Source: Tagaea sp. CACIAM 22H2
GTDB taxonomy: Bacteria > Pseudomonadota > Alphaproteobacteria > CACIAM-22H2
Length of the DNA: 64,000 nt
Assembly (NCBI GenBank): GCA_014444615.1
Contig: PVXE01000018.1
Location: 246 to 64,245 of the forward strand
Direction of reading: 5' to 3'
Below the pieces are notes generated by a model. The model searched no databases. It saw nothing but the letters and a program-made list of their open reading frames with translations, and had not been told where the DNA came from. A program made the translations under genes and the position numbers. Positions 50,056 through 59,774 of the stretch are shown one piece after another (the first letter of the stretch is position 1; each line of letters starts with the position of its first letter).

Positions 50056-51200
50056 AGCCCCAGCTCGCGCAAAATCTCGTCGGTATGCTGGCCGAGTGTG
50101 GGTGCCGCGCGCGTCACGCGGGCGGGCGTGGCCGAAAGCTTGACCGGCGCCCCCAGGGTTTCGACGCGGCCAAGCGTTGGATGATCGGTCGCGACCACCA
50201 TCTCGCGCGCGCGGGTTTGCGGGTCGGCGAGCATGTCTTGGATCGACAGCACCGGTCCGGCCGGCATCCCCATCCGGTCGAACAGATCGAGCCACGCGGC
50301 GGTCGTGCGCGCGGCGAATAGCGGTGTCAGCGCATCGACCAACGCCGGCAGATTGCCCATGCGATCGGCATTGGTCGCGAAGCGCGGATCGGCGGCAAGT
50401 TGCGGTGCTTCCAGGCATTCGATCAGCTTCAGCCAGGATTTCTGGTTCGCGGCCCCGACATTGATCCAGCCGTCTTTGGTCGCGAAAGCCTGATAGGGCG
50501 CGTTCAACGGATGGCCCGAGCCGAGCGGCCCCGGCGACGCGCCGGTCGCCAGCGCGATCGCCGATTGCCAATAGGTCTGCACGATGCCCGCTTCGAACAG
50601 CGAAGTATCGACGAGCTGGCCCTCGCCCGTGCGCGTGCGCGCTTGCAACGCGGCAAGGATTCCCATCGCCGCGAGAATGCCCGCGGTGATGTCGGTGACG
50701 GGGGCGCCGACCTTCACGGGTGCCCGCCCCGGCCCTTCGCCGGTGATGCCCATCAAGCCCGACATGCCTTGCGCGACCAGATCGAAGCCGCCGCGCGCCG
50801 CGTAAGGGCCCGTGCGCCCGAAGCCCGACAGCGAGCAATAGATGAGGCGCGGATTGAGCGCATGCACCGCGTCGTAGCCGAAGCCGAGCTTGTCGAGCGT
50901 GCCCATCCGGTAATTCTCGATCAGCACATCGGCGGTGGACAGCAACCGGCGCAGCGCATCCTTGCCGTGCTCGGTTTTGAGGTCGAGGGCGATGCCGCGC
51001 TTGTTGCGGTTCATCATCAGGAAAGCCGCACTTTGGTCGCCGACCATCGGCGGCTGCATGCGCCGCGTATCGTCGCCGCCGGGCAGCTTTTCCACCTTGA
51101 TGACGTCCGCACCCAGATCGGCGAGCATCAAGCCTGCGACCGGCCCCGCCATAATATGGGCGAGTTCGACGACGCGAATTCCCGCGAGCGCGCCCGCCAT
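50052..51200 (-). CDS. CoA-transferase family III (CaiB/BaiF/Frc-like).
   Basis: 382 aa; N-terminus GIRVVELAHIMAGPVAGLMLADLGADVIKVE. Confidence 0.85.
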   Translation of the reverse strand: MAGALAGIRVVELAHIMAGPVAGLMLADLGADVIKVEKLPGGDDTRRMQPPMVGDQSAAFLMMNRNKRGIALDLKTEHGKDALRRLLSTADVLIENYRMGTLDKLGFGYDAVHALNPRLIYCSLSGFGRTGPYAARGGFDLVAQGMSGLMGITGEGPGRAPVKVGAPVTDITAGILAAMGILAALQARTRTGEGQLVDTSLFEAGIVQTYWQSAIALATGASPGPLGSGHPLNAPYQAFATKDGWINVGAANQKSWLKLIECLEAPQLAADPRFATNADRMGNLPALVDALTPLFAARTTAAWLDLFDRMGMPAGPVLSIQDMLADPQTRAREMVVATDHPTLGRVETLGAPVKLSATPARVTRAAPTLGQHTDEILRELGL

Positions 51201-51201
51201 C

Positions 51202-52035
51202 TCAGCGGCCCTCGAAGCGCGGCGGGCGCTTTTCCAGGAACGCGCGATAGCCTTCCAGATAATCGCGCGTGTCGCAGTTCGCGAAGCCTTCGAGGTATTC
51301 GCGCTTTGTGAGCTTGCGCGGGTCCATCAGGCGCCGCGCGAATTTCTTGTGCCAGCGGTTGGACAATGGCGCGCCGGAAGCGATGCGCGCGGCGGCGGCG
51401 TAGGCTTCCTTCGTCACGTCCGCATCCGCCACGACGCGCGTGACGAGGCCCTTGTCCTTCGCTTCCGCCGCGCCGAACACCCGCGCTTCGAGCAGGATTT
51501 CCAGCGCCGTCGCGCGGCCGACCAGATCGATCAGCGCCGACAATTCCGGATACGCCATGATCACACCGATACGGTTAATCGGCACGCCGAAGCGGCTGGC
51601 CTCGCCGCAAATGCGCAAATCGCACATCGACGCGATCTCCAGCGAACCGCCGACGCACAACCCATGGATCATTGCGAGCGTGGGATGGCGGCAATCGCGG
51701 ATCGCGGCGAGTGTCGCGTGCATGATTTTGCCGTAGGCGACGGCGAGCTTCGTGGTCGCGCGCGTGCGCTCGAATTCCGAAATATCCGCGCCCGGCCCGA
51801 ACGCCTTTTCGCCTGCCCCGCGCAGCACGATGCAGCCGATATCGGCTTCCCGATGAAGCGCGCGCATCGTTTCGCCCAAGCTCTTCCAGCTCGCCTGACT
51901 CAAAGCGTTGAGCTTGTCGGGCCGGTTGAGCGTGACGGTGACGATGCGCGGATCGCCCGCCGCTTCGCGGTCGACCAGAATCAGTCCGTCTTTCGTCGAG
52001 ACGGTTTTCGGCGTGCTTCGTTTGGCGGCTGGCAT
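51202..52035 (-). CDS. Enoyl-CoA hydratase/isomerase-family protein.
   Basis: Crotonase fold (LNRPDKLNALS...GAGEKAFGPGADI). Confidence 0.8.
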   Translation of the reverse strand: MPAAKRSTPKTVSTKDGLILVDREAAGDPRIVTVTLNRPDKLNALSQASWKSLGETMRALHREADIGCIVLRGAGEKAFGPGADISEFERTRATTKLAVAYGKIMHATLAAIRDCRHPTLAMIHGLCVGGSLEIASMCDLRICGEASRFGVPINRIGVIMAYPELSALIDLVGRATALEILLEARVFGAAEAKDKGLVTRVVADADVTKEAYAAAARIASGAPLSNRWHKKFARRLMDPRKLTKREYLEGFANCDTRDYLEGYRAFLEKRPPRFEGR

Positions 52036-52060
52036 CGATGGTCCTCCCCGCTGCCACATT

Positions 52061-52093
52061 AAAGAAAAAGGGCGGCGCTTGGAAACGCCGCCC
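52061..52093 (-). terminator. Rho-independent terminator downstream of the flagellin gene.
   Basis: On the minus strand: GGGCGGCG-TTTCCAAG-CGCCGCCC followed by TTTTTCTTT. Confidence 0.55.
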
Positions 52094-52134
52094 CGAAGTT
52101 TGGGAGAGGAGGAGAGGAGAAAACGTACTGGGGA

Positions 52135-52953
52135 CTAACGCACGGCACCGAGAATGAGCTGCGGCTGCTGGTTGGCGATCGAAAGGGACTGCACGGCGAG
52201 CTGTTGGCGGACCTGCAGCGACTGCGTCGAGGCCGAGGCCTTGCCGATATCGGCATCGACCATGGCGCCCATACCCGTCGTCGTCGCATCGATGACCGAG
52301 TTGAGCAGGTCGCTTTGCAGGCGCAGCGTGCGGCTATCGGCCGCCGCCCCGCCCAACGCCGCCGAAACCGCGTTGCCGAAGGTCGAGAGCGACGTGAGGG
52401 CCGCCGTCGCCGACGTGACCGACGAAACCGACGACGCCGCGAAGGTCGTGAACGCGGTATGGACGGTCGAGCGGCTGGACATCGTGATCGTCGTCGCGTT
52501 GACGTCGGCGAGGAAGGTTTTGGCCGCCGAGTTGTTCGACAGCAGGTTCACGCCGTTGTAGTTCGCCTGGCGGATGAACGTCGAAATCTGGTTCGTCATC
52601 GCGCCGAAATCGGCGGCGTAGATCGTGCGTTGGCTGTTGCTGATCGAGCCGTCGGCGAGCTGCGTGATCTTGGCCTGAAGGTTTCCGACCAGGTTCGAGA
52701 TATTGGTCAGCGCCGCGTCGGTCACGGCACCCAGGCCCGTGCCGTTGGTGATCGACGCCTGCACCGCCTGAAAGGCCTGCAGATTGCCCCGGATGCCCTG
52801 CGCGACCGTGAAGGTCGACGAATCGTCCATCGCATCGGCAACGCGATAGCCGGTCTGGACCTGCTTAGACGCGGTGGCGAGCATCGAACCCGCCGTGCGC
52901 AGCGACCCAAGGGCGACCATCGCGCTGAGATTGGTGTTGATCGAGTTGGACAT
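52135..52953 (-). CDS. fliC: Flagellin (alphaproteobacterial type, 272 aa).
   Basis: Conserved N-terminus MSNSINTNLSAMVALGSLR and C-terminus LSIANQQPQLILGAVR. SD GGAG. An AT-rich promoter tract lies upstream (52990-53040). Confidence 0.8.
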   Translation of the reverse strand: MSNSINTNLSAMVALGSLRTAGSMLATASKQVQTGYRVADAMDDSSTFTVAQGIRGNLQAFQAVQASITNGTGLGAVTDAALTNISNLVGNLQAKITQLADGSISNSQRTIYAADFGAMTNQISTFIRQANYNGVNLLSNNSAAKTFLADVNATTITMSSRSTVHTAFTTFAASSVSSVTSATAALTSLSTFGNAVSAALGGAAADSRTLRLQSDLLNSVIDATTTGMGAMVDADIGKASASTQSLQVRQQLAVQSLSIANQQPQLILGAVR

Positions 52954-53189
52954 AACAGGCTCCGTGAAGGGGGTGTTCTTTCCCAACACTCCGCAAATCA
53001 TACGCCAACATTAATATTGTTTAAAAACAAATACTTAACTTAGTGAAATAGCATACCAGGGGCAGTTTCTGCCGGGCAGAACCGGCAACTACGGTCCCGC
53101 AACGGAAAATTTTACCGACGGGAACACGCCGTCTCGCCAAGGCCAAAGCCATGCAATAAGAAGGGCGCGCCAGACATCCGGGAGTCGCC

Positions 53190-53879
53190 ATGAACAAGGA
53201 CGAGATCGCCAAAACCGCCGCCCGCATCCTGATCGAAACCCAAGCGATCCATTTCAACGTCGCCAAGCCCTATATCTTCACCTCGGGCTGGGCGTCGCCG
53301 ACCTATTGCGATTGCCGGCGGCTGATCTCGTTCCCGCGTGCGCGCGCCAAGCTGATGGATATGGCGGTCGAAACGATCCAGCGCACGATCGGTTTCGACA
53401 GCTTGGATGCCGTCGCCGGCGGCGAAACGGCCGGCATTCCCTTCGCGGCCTGGATCGCCGAGCGCCTGGAATTGCCGATGCTCTATGTGCGCAAGAAGCC
53501 CAAGGGCTTCGGGCGCAACGCGCTGATCGAAGGCAAGATCGTCGAAGGTTCGCGCGTGCTGCTGGTCGAGGATCTCGCGACCGACGGCAAGTCGAAGCTC
53601 CATTTCGTCAACGGGCTGCGCGAGGCGGGCTGCCAGGTGGCGCACAGCTTCGTCGTGTTCCATTACGGCATCTTCCCGGAAAGCGTCTCCGCGCTCGCCA
53701 AGGAAGGTGTCGCGCTGCACGAACTCGCCACGTGGTGGGACGTGCTGAAGGAAGCCGAAGCGCAAGCCGTGTATCCCGCCGCCGAACTCGCCGAAGTGCG
53801 CAAATTCCTCGAGAACCCGGCGGATTGGTCCTACGCCCATGGCGGCGTGGGCCGCGACGGCAAGAAGAAAGGCGAGTAG
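53190..53879 (+). CDS. pyrE: Orotate phosphoribosyltransferase.
   Basis: PRPP-binding motif VLLVEDLATDGKS. Confidence 0.85.
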   Translation: MNKDEIAKTAARILIETQAIHFNVAKPYIFTSGWASPTYCDCRRLISFPRARAKLMDMAVETIQRTIGFDSLDAVAGGETAGIPFAAWIAERLELPMLYVRKKPKGFGRNALIEGKIVEGSRVLLVEDLATDGKSKLHFVNGLREAGCQVAHSFVVFHYGIFPESVSALAKEGVALHELATWWDVLKEAEAQAVYPAAELAEVRKFLENPADWSYAHGGVGRDGKKKGE

Positions 53880-53888
53880 GCTTTCGGG

Positions 53889-55535
53889 ATGCGCGTCGCC
53901 GCCCTCGCCTTCGCCCTGCTCGCTTTGGCCTTCCCGGCCAAAGCAAAGGACGAATTGACGGTCGGCCTGTCGCAATTCCCCGCGACCTTCCATCCGATGA
54001 TCGATTCGATGGCGGCCAAGAGCTACGTGCTCGGCATGGTCCGCCGTCCGATGACGACCTACGACAAGGATTGGAAACTCGTCTGTCTGATGTGCGTGGA
54101 ATTGCCGACCGTCGAAAACGGCGGCGCCAAGCGCGTGACCTTGCCCGACGGCAAGGAAGGCATGGAAGTCACGTTCCGCATCAAGCCGGACGCGACTTGG
54201 GGCGACGGCAAGCCGGTCGTCGCCGACGACGCGTTGCTGACCTGGGAAATCGGCAAGCATCCGCGTTCGGGCGTAACGTCGGGCGAAGGCTATCGACGCA
54301 TCCTGAAGATCGAAACGCCCGATCCCAAAACGCTGATCTTCACCTCCGACCGCGTCACCTTCACCTACAACGATTTCAGCCAATACGATTTCATCCCGGC
54401 GCATCTGGAACGCGCGCGTTTCGAACAAGACCCCGAGACCTATCGCCGGCGCACGGGATACGACACCGATACCGCCAATCCGGGCCTCTATAACGGGCCC
54501 TATCGCATCACCAACGTGCAGCCGGGCGCTTCGATCACGCTGGAGCCCAATCCGCATTGGGCCGGCAGGAAGCCGCATTTCAAACGCATCTTCGTGCGCG
54601 TGATCGAGAATTCGGCGGCGCTGGAGGCCAATCTTCTCTCGGGCTCGATCGATTACGTCGCGGGCGAGCTCGGCTTCACGCTCGATCAGGCTTTGGCGCT
54701 GGAAAAGCGCCAAGCCGCGCGCTTCGATTTCAACTACGTTCCGTCGCTGCTCTACGAGCATATCGACTTCAATCTCGATCACCCGATCCTGAAAGATGCG
54801 CGCGTGCGCCGCGCGATGGTGCATGCGCTGGACCGCGAGGCGCTGACGCGCCAATTGTTCGAGGGCAAGCAGCGCGTGGCGCATTCCTTCATGGGCCCAC
54901 GCGATCCGATGTCGGCGCCCGACGTACCGGTGCTCGGCTTCGATTTGGCGCGCGCGCAAGCGCTGCTGGCCGAAGCGGGGTTCGATCGCGTGGTCAACGG
55001 CATTCGCCAGAACGCGGCGGGCGAGCGCCTGTCCTTCGAATTCGGCACCACCGCCGGAAACCGGCTTCGCGAAACGGTGCAGCAGGCGCTGCAAAGCCAA
55101 TGGCGGCGTGCCGGGATCGAAGTGCGTATCCGCAACGAACCGCCGCGCGTGTTCTTCGGCGACGGCACCTCCAAGCGCCGTTTTCAGCTCGCGATGTATG
55201 CGTGGTTCTCCGCGCCCGAATCGGTGCCGCGCACCACGCTGCATTCGGAGATGATCCCCAGCGAAGCCAATGGCTGGCAGGGCCAGAATTATCCCGGCGT
55301 GCGCGAGCCCGAGATCGACGCGGCGATCGACGCGCTGGAGCGCGAGCTCGATCCCGCCAAGCGCAAGCCGATCTGGGCGCGCATCCAAACGCTCTACGCC
55401 CAGAACGCCTGGGTGCTGCCGCTCTATTTCCGCGCCGATCCGTTCGTGATCCCGAAATGGCTGACCGGGATCGAGCCGACGGGCCATCAGTATTATTCGA
55501 CGCTCGGCGTCGAAAATTGGCGCCCGCGCAACTAG
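53889..55535 (+). CDS. Peptide/nickel ABC transporter substrate-binding protein (family 5).
   Basis: Signal peptide; 548 aa. SBP_bac_5 architecture. Confidence 0.8.
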   Translation: MRVAALAFALLALAFPAKAKDELTVGLSQFPATFHPMIDSMAAKSYVLGMVRRPMTTYDKDWKLVCLMCVELPTVENGGAKRVTLPDGKEGMEVTFRIKPDATWGDGKPVVADDALLTWEIGKHPRSGVTSGEGYRRILKIETPDPKTLIFTSDRVTFTYNDFSQYDFIPAHLERARFEQDPETYRRRTGYDTDTANPGLYNGPYRITNVQPGASITLEPNPHWAGRKPHFKRIFVRVIENSAALEANLLSGSIDYVAGELGFTLDQALALEKRQAARFDFNYVPSLLYEHIDFNLDHPILKDARVRRAMVHALDREALTRQLFEGKQRVAHSFMGPRDPMSAPDVPVLGFDLARAQALLAEAGFDRVVNGIRQNAAGERLSFEFGTTAGNRLRETVQQALQSQWRRAGIEVRIRNEPPRVFFGDGTSKRRFQLAMYAWFSAPESVPRTTLHSEMIPSEANGWQGQNYPGVREPEIDAAIDALERELDPAKRKPIWARIQTLYAQNAWVLPLYFRADPFVIPKWLTGIEPTGHQYYSTLGVENWRPRN

Positions 55536-55536
55536 G

Positions 55537-56511
55537 ATGCTCCGCCACGCGGTCACGCGCCTGATCCAAGGTTTGCTGGTTCTGACCGCCGCGAGTTTCG
55601 CGATCTACGTGCTGCTAGGGCTTATGCCCGGCGATCCGGTCGATCTGATCGCCTCGGGCAATCCCAATTTCACCCCCGACGATCTGCGCAATTTGCGCGA
55701 ACTTCACGGGCTCGACCGGCCGCTGGTCGACCGTTATTTCGACTGGGCGGCGGCGGCGCTATCGGGCGATCTTGGCTACAGCCGCACGTTCTCGCGCCCC
55801 GTGCTGGCGACGATACCGCCCTTCCTGGCCAACACCGCCGCGCTGATGCTCGCGTCGTTCTTGATCGCGCTGGCGCTCGGCATCGCGCTGGGCCTCGCGG
55901 CCGCGGCCAATCGCGGCGGCGCGATCGATACGGCGATCAACGCCTTCGCCTTCGTCTCGGCCGCGACGCCGACCTTCTGGCTGGCGCTGCTGATGATCGT
56001 GTTGTTCGCGGTCACGCTGGGCTGGCTGCCCGCCAGCGCCTTGCCCCCACCGGGCGAAGACGGCATTTGGGACAAAATCCGCCATTTGATCTTGCCGGTC
56101 ACGACTTTGGCCTTGGTCGAAGCGGGCGAATACGCGCGCCATATGCGCGCGGCTGCCATCGACGCGCTGGCGCAGGATTGGGTGCGCACCGCGCGCGCCA
56201 AGGGGGCCTCGCGAACGCGCGTGGTGCTGGGCCATGTGTTGCGCAACGCGCTGGTCCCCGTCGCGACCGTGGCGGCGCTGGGCTTCGGCGGATTGTTTTC
56301 GGGCGCGCTCGTCACCGAAACGATCTTCGCCTATCCCGGCATGGGCAAGCTCATCTACGATTCGATCATGGCGAGCGATTTCAATCTGGCGCTGGCCTGT
56401 TTGCTGATGGCGTCGGCCTTGGTGATCGCGGCGAATTTCGCGGCCGATATGGTCTATGCCGCCCTCGATCCGCGCATCGGCTTCGGGCGCGCGCGCGGCG
56501 ACGACACATGA
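55537..56511 (+). CDS. Peptide ABC transporter permease (DppB/OppB-like).
   Basis: Polytopic; EAA loop (ARAKGASRTRVVLGHVLRNAL). Confidence 0.8.
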   Translation: MLRHAVTRLIQGLLVLTAASFAIYVLLGLMPGDPVDLIASGNPNFTPDDLRNLRELHGLDRPLVDRYFDWAAAALSGDLGYSRTFSRPVLATIPPFLANTAALMLASFLIALALGIALGLAAAANRGGAIDTAINAFAFVSAATPTFWLALLMIVLFAVTLGWLPASALPPPGEDGIWDKIRHLILPVTTLALVEAGEYARHMRAAAIDALAQDWVRTARAKGASRTRVVLGHVLRNALVPVATVAALGFGGLFSGALVTETIFAYPGMGKLIYDSIMASDFNLALACLLMASALVIAANFAADMVYAALDPRIGFGRARGDDT

Positions 56512-57362
56512 CCGGCCCCGAGAAACGCTTGGCGCTCGCGGGAACGGTCATCGCCGTCGTGGCGCTGGCTGCCCTCGCCGCCCCGCTGATCGGCTGGATC
56601 GTCGAATACGATCCGTTCGAGACCGATCTGCTGCGCCGCTATTCGCCGCCGTCCTTCGCCAACCCGCTGGGCACGGACGAGCTGGGCCGCGACGTGGCGA
56701 TGCGTTTGCTGTTCGGGGCGCGCGTGTCGCTCGCCGTCGGCCTTGCGGCGGCACTCGCCGCCAGCACCATCGGCACAGCGATCGGCTTGATCGCCGGCTA
56801 TTTCGGCGGGCGCATCGATCAAATTCTGATGCGCGTGACCGACGCGGTGCTGTCGCTGCCCGTGCTGCCGGTGCTGATCGTGCTGGCCGCGGTCGATCTG
56901 GGCAAATTGGGTTTGCCCGAAGGCGAAGCGTCGAGCCTTGCGCGCATCGTCGTCATCGTCGCGGCGTTCGGCTGGCCCAAAGTCGCACGGCTGGTGCGCG
57001 GCCACGCGCTGGCGCTGCGCGAACGCGATTTCGTGCGCGCGGCGCGTGCGCTCGGCGCCGGCCCCTGGCGGATCATGTGGGCGCATATTCTGCCGAACTG
57101 CGCGACGCCGATCCTGATTGCGACGGCGCTCGCCGTCGGCGGCACGATCCTTTACGAAAGCGTGCTGTCGTTCTTGGGGCTCGGCATCCAGCCGCCGATC
57201 CCAAGCTGGGGCAATATGCTGACCGGCGCGCAGGAAACGATCGTCCAAGCGCCGTGGCTCGCCTTATGGCCGGGAATCGCGATCCTGATCACGGTCGCGG
57301 CGATCAATCTTCTCGCCGACGCCGTTCAGGATCGCTTCGACCCGCGCCGCCGTAAGGCTTAG
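56508..57362 (+). CDS. Peptide ABC transporter permease (DppC/OppC-like).
   Basis: ATGA overlap with the upstream permease gene. EAA loop (AARALGAGPWRIMWAHILPN). Confidence 0.8.
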   Translation: MTGPEKRLALAGTVIAVVALAALAAPLIGWIVEYDPFETDLLRRYSPPSFANPLGTDELGRDVAMRLLFGARVSLAVGLAAALAASTIGTAIGLIAGYFGGRIDQILMRVTDAVLSLPVLPVLIVLAAVDLGKLGLPEGEASSLARIVVIVAAFGWPKVARLVRGHALALRERDFVRAARALGAGPWRIMWAHILPNCATPILIATALAVGGTILYESVLSFLGLGIQPPIPSWGNMLTGAQETIVQAPWLALWPGIAILITVAAINLLADAVQDRFDPRRRKA

Positions 57363-58216
57363 TGCGACATCAGCACCGGTACGGTCATGTGGTCGAGCAC
57401 GTCGCGCGTGGCGCCGCCGAAGATCGCTTCGCGCGCGCGGCTATGCCCATAGGCGCCCATCACCAGGAAATCGGCGCCGAGATCGGCCAAGCGGCTGAGC
57501 AGCGCGTCGCCCACCGACAGATCGCCCGAATAGGTCGTCGTCGCCTCCGCCGCCACGCCGTGACGCGCGAGATGCAGCGCGATATCCGCACCGGGCAGGC
57601 GCTTGGCGGCACCGTCGGGGTCGATCGACAAGATCGAGACCTTCTCCGCCGCGCGCAGCAGCGGCAACGCGTCGGCGATGGCGCGCGCGGCTTCGCGCGT
57701 GTTGTTCCAAGCACAGACGACATGTTTCGTGGTGCCCGCGAAGTTCCCGGCGTTGGGAACGAAAATCACCGGACGCCCGGCGGTCAGTACCAGCGCCTCG
57801 CCCAAGGCGGCCACGTCGGGCGGCAATTGGCCGTCCGGCTGCGGGACGACGATCGCGTCGGCATGACGGGCGTGGTTCAGCGCCACGTCCTCGGCGAAGC
57901 CCCAAGCCTCGCGATACTCGATCTCCACGCCTTCGGCGGCGGCGGCCTTGGCGACCGCGTCGCGCACCTTGGCGGCTTCCTCGCGCACCTGATCGCGGAA
58001 CGCTTCCATGATCGAATGACCCGCCATCGCGCGGGCGGAGGACGGCAGCACCGGCTCGGTCAGCGCATGGATCGCGGCCAGATGCGCGCCTTGCCGCTTG
58101 GCGAAGCGCGCGGCGAAAGCCAAACGCAGCGCGATATCGGGACCCGCCTCGGCGAAAACCACCAGATCGCGGAAGCCGGCGGTTTGGGACGGGGACGGAT
58201 TGCGCGACGGGGTCAT
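57359..58216 (-). CDS. Universal stress protein with tandem UspA domains.
   Basis: Two Usp domains; C-terminus GAYGHSRAREAIFGGATRDVL. Confidence 0.75.
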   Translation of the reverse strand: MTPSRNPSPSQTAGFRDLVVFAEAGPDIALRLAFAARFAKRQGAHLAAIHALTEPVLPSSARAMAGHSIMEAFRDQVREEAAKVRDAVAKAAAAEGVEIEYREAWGFAEDVALNHARHADAIVVPQPDGQLPPDVAALGEALVLTAGRPVIFVPNAGNFAGTTKHVVCAWNNTREAARAIADALPLLRAAEKVSILSIDPDGAAKRLPGADIALHLARHGVAAEATTTYSGDLSVGDALLSRLADLGADFLVMGAYGHSRAREAIFGGATRDVLDHMTVPVLMSH

Positions 58217-58349
58217 GACGTTGATCTCCTTGTCTGGTTCGCGATTGAACCTGACGCAAAGCGCCGTCCCGCGCTTTGATATGGCTCAACCGGCTTTCCA
58301 AGCCCCCCGGAATGGGGTAGCAAACGCCTGTTTCGATTGGAGAAAGCAT

Positions 58350-59774
58350 ATGATCGCCGCCGCCCCTTCCCGTCTGGTTCCGGTAATCCTGTCCGGGGGT
58401 GCGGGCACGCGGCTGTGGCCCTTGTCGCGCGAGACCTATCCCAAGCAGCTTCTGGCGCTGGCGGGCACACGCAGCCTGATCCAAGACACGGCCGCGCGTT
58501 GCGGCGGCGAAAGCTTCGGCGCGCCCATCATCGTGTGCAACGAGGAGCATCGCTTCGCCATCGCCGAGCAATTGCGCCAGATCGGCATCGCCCCGCGCGC
58601 GATGATTCTCGAACCCGTCGGGCGCAACACGGCCCCCGCCGCCGCGGCCGCCGCCGCGTTGCTGGAGCCGGGCGAGATCATGATGCTGCTGCCCTCCGAC
58701 CACGCGATTTCCGACGTCGCTTCGTTCGCCAAAGCCGCGGCGAAAGCGGCGGCAGGCGCGCGTGCCGGCAAGCTCGTGACCTTCGGCATCGAACCCGAAC
58801 GTCCCGAAACCGGCTACGGCTATATCAAGCGCGGGGCCGCACTGCCCGGCCTCGACGGCGCCTATGCGGTCGAGCGTTTCGTCGAGAAGCCCGATCTCGA
58901 CACCGCGAAGAAATATCTCGCCGAAGGCGGTTGGGCGTGGAACTCCGGCATGTTCATGCTGCCCGCCGCGATCTTCCTGGCGGAGACCGAGAAATTCGAG
59001 CCCGCCATCGCGCGCGCCGCGAAGGACGCCGTCGCCAAGGCCAAGCGCGATCTCGATTTCGTGCGCTTGGACAAGGACGCTTTCGCCGCCGCCCCGTCGA
59101 AATCGATCGACTACGCGGTGATGGAGCGCACGAGCCTTGCGGCCGTCGTGCCCGCATCGATGGGCTGGTCCGACGTGGGCGCGTGGGACGCGCTGTGGGA
59201 TTTGGGCACGCGCGACGCCGACGGCAACGTCGTGCGCGGCGACGTGATCGCCGAGGATACGCATAATTCGTATCTGCGCACCGAAGGCCGCTTGCTCGCG
59301 ACCATCGGCGTCGACGATCTGATCGTCGTCGACACGCGCGACGCGACGCTCGTGGCGCGCAAGGACAAGGCGCAGCACGTCAAGCGCATCGTCGACCGCT
59401 TGAAGGCGGCCGGGCGCAGCGAGGCGAGCCTGCACACCGAAGTGCATCGCCCCTGGGGCAGCTACCAGACGATCGATCTGGGCCCGCGTTTCCAGGTGAA
59501 GCGCCTGTCGGTGAAGCCCGGCGCCAAAATCTCGCTGCAAAAACACGCCCAGCGCGCCGAGCATTGGGTCGTCGTGCAAGGGATCGCGCGCGTGACCCGC
59601 GACGAGGACGTGTTGACGCTGCGCGAGAACATGTCCGCCTACATCCCCGTCGGCTGCGTCCACCGACTGGAAAATCCCGGCACGGAAATGCTGCACATCG
59701 TCGAGGTCCAGTCGGGTTCCTATCTGGGCGAGGACGATATCGTGCGCCTCGAAGATTCCTACGGGCGCAAGTGA
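58350..59774 (+). CDS. manC: Mannose-1-phosphate guanylyltransferase / mannose-6-phosphate isomerase (bifunctional ManC/XanB type).
   Basis: N-terminus VILSGGAGTRLWPLSR. C-terminal cupin domain. Confidence 0.85.
   Translation: MIAAAPSRLVPVILSGGAGTRLWPLSRETYPKQLLALAGTRSLIQDTAARCGGESFGAPIIVCNEEHRFAIAEQLRQIGIAPRAMILEPVGRNTAPAAAAAAALLEPGEIMMLLPSDHAISDVASFAKAAAKAAAGARAGKLVTFGIEPERPETGYGYIKRGAALPGLDGAYAVERFVEKPDLDTAKKYLAEGGWAWNSGMFMLPAAIFLAETEKFEPAIARAAKDAVAKAKRDLDFVRLDKDAFAAAPSKSIDYAVMERTSLAAVVPASMGWSDVGAWDALWDLGTRDADGNVVRGDVIAEDTHNSYLRTEGRLLATIGVDDLIVVDTRDATLVARKDKAQHVKRIVDRLKAAGRSEASLHTEVHRPWGSYQTIDLGPRFQVKRLSVKPGAKISLQKHAQRAEHWVVVQGIARVTRDEDVLTLRENMSAYIPVGCVHRLENPGTEMLHIVEVQSGSYLGEDDIVRLEDSYGRK

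Noticed and set aside
53112-55556. 814-aa minus-strand ORF antisense to pyrE and the peptide-binding protein.
   Set aside because: It is antisense to two well-supported genes, with no motifs.
57441-59696. 751-aa minus-strand ORF antisense to manC.
   Set aside because: ManC is clear on the plus strand (GGxGTRL nucleotidyltransferase motif plus cupin domain).
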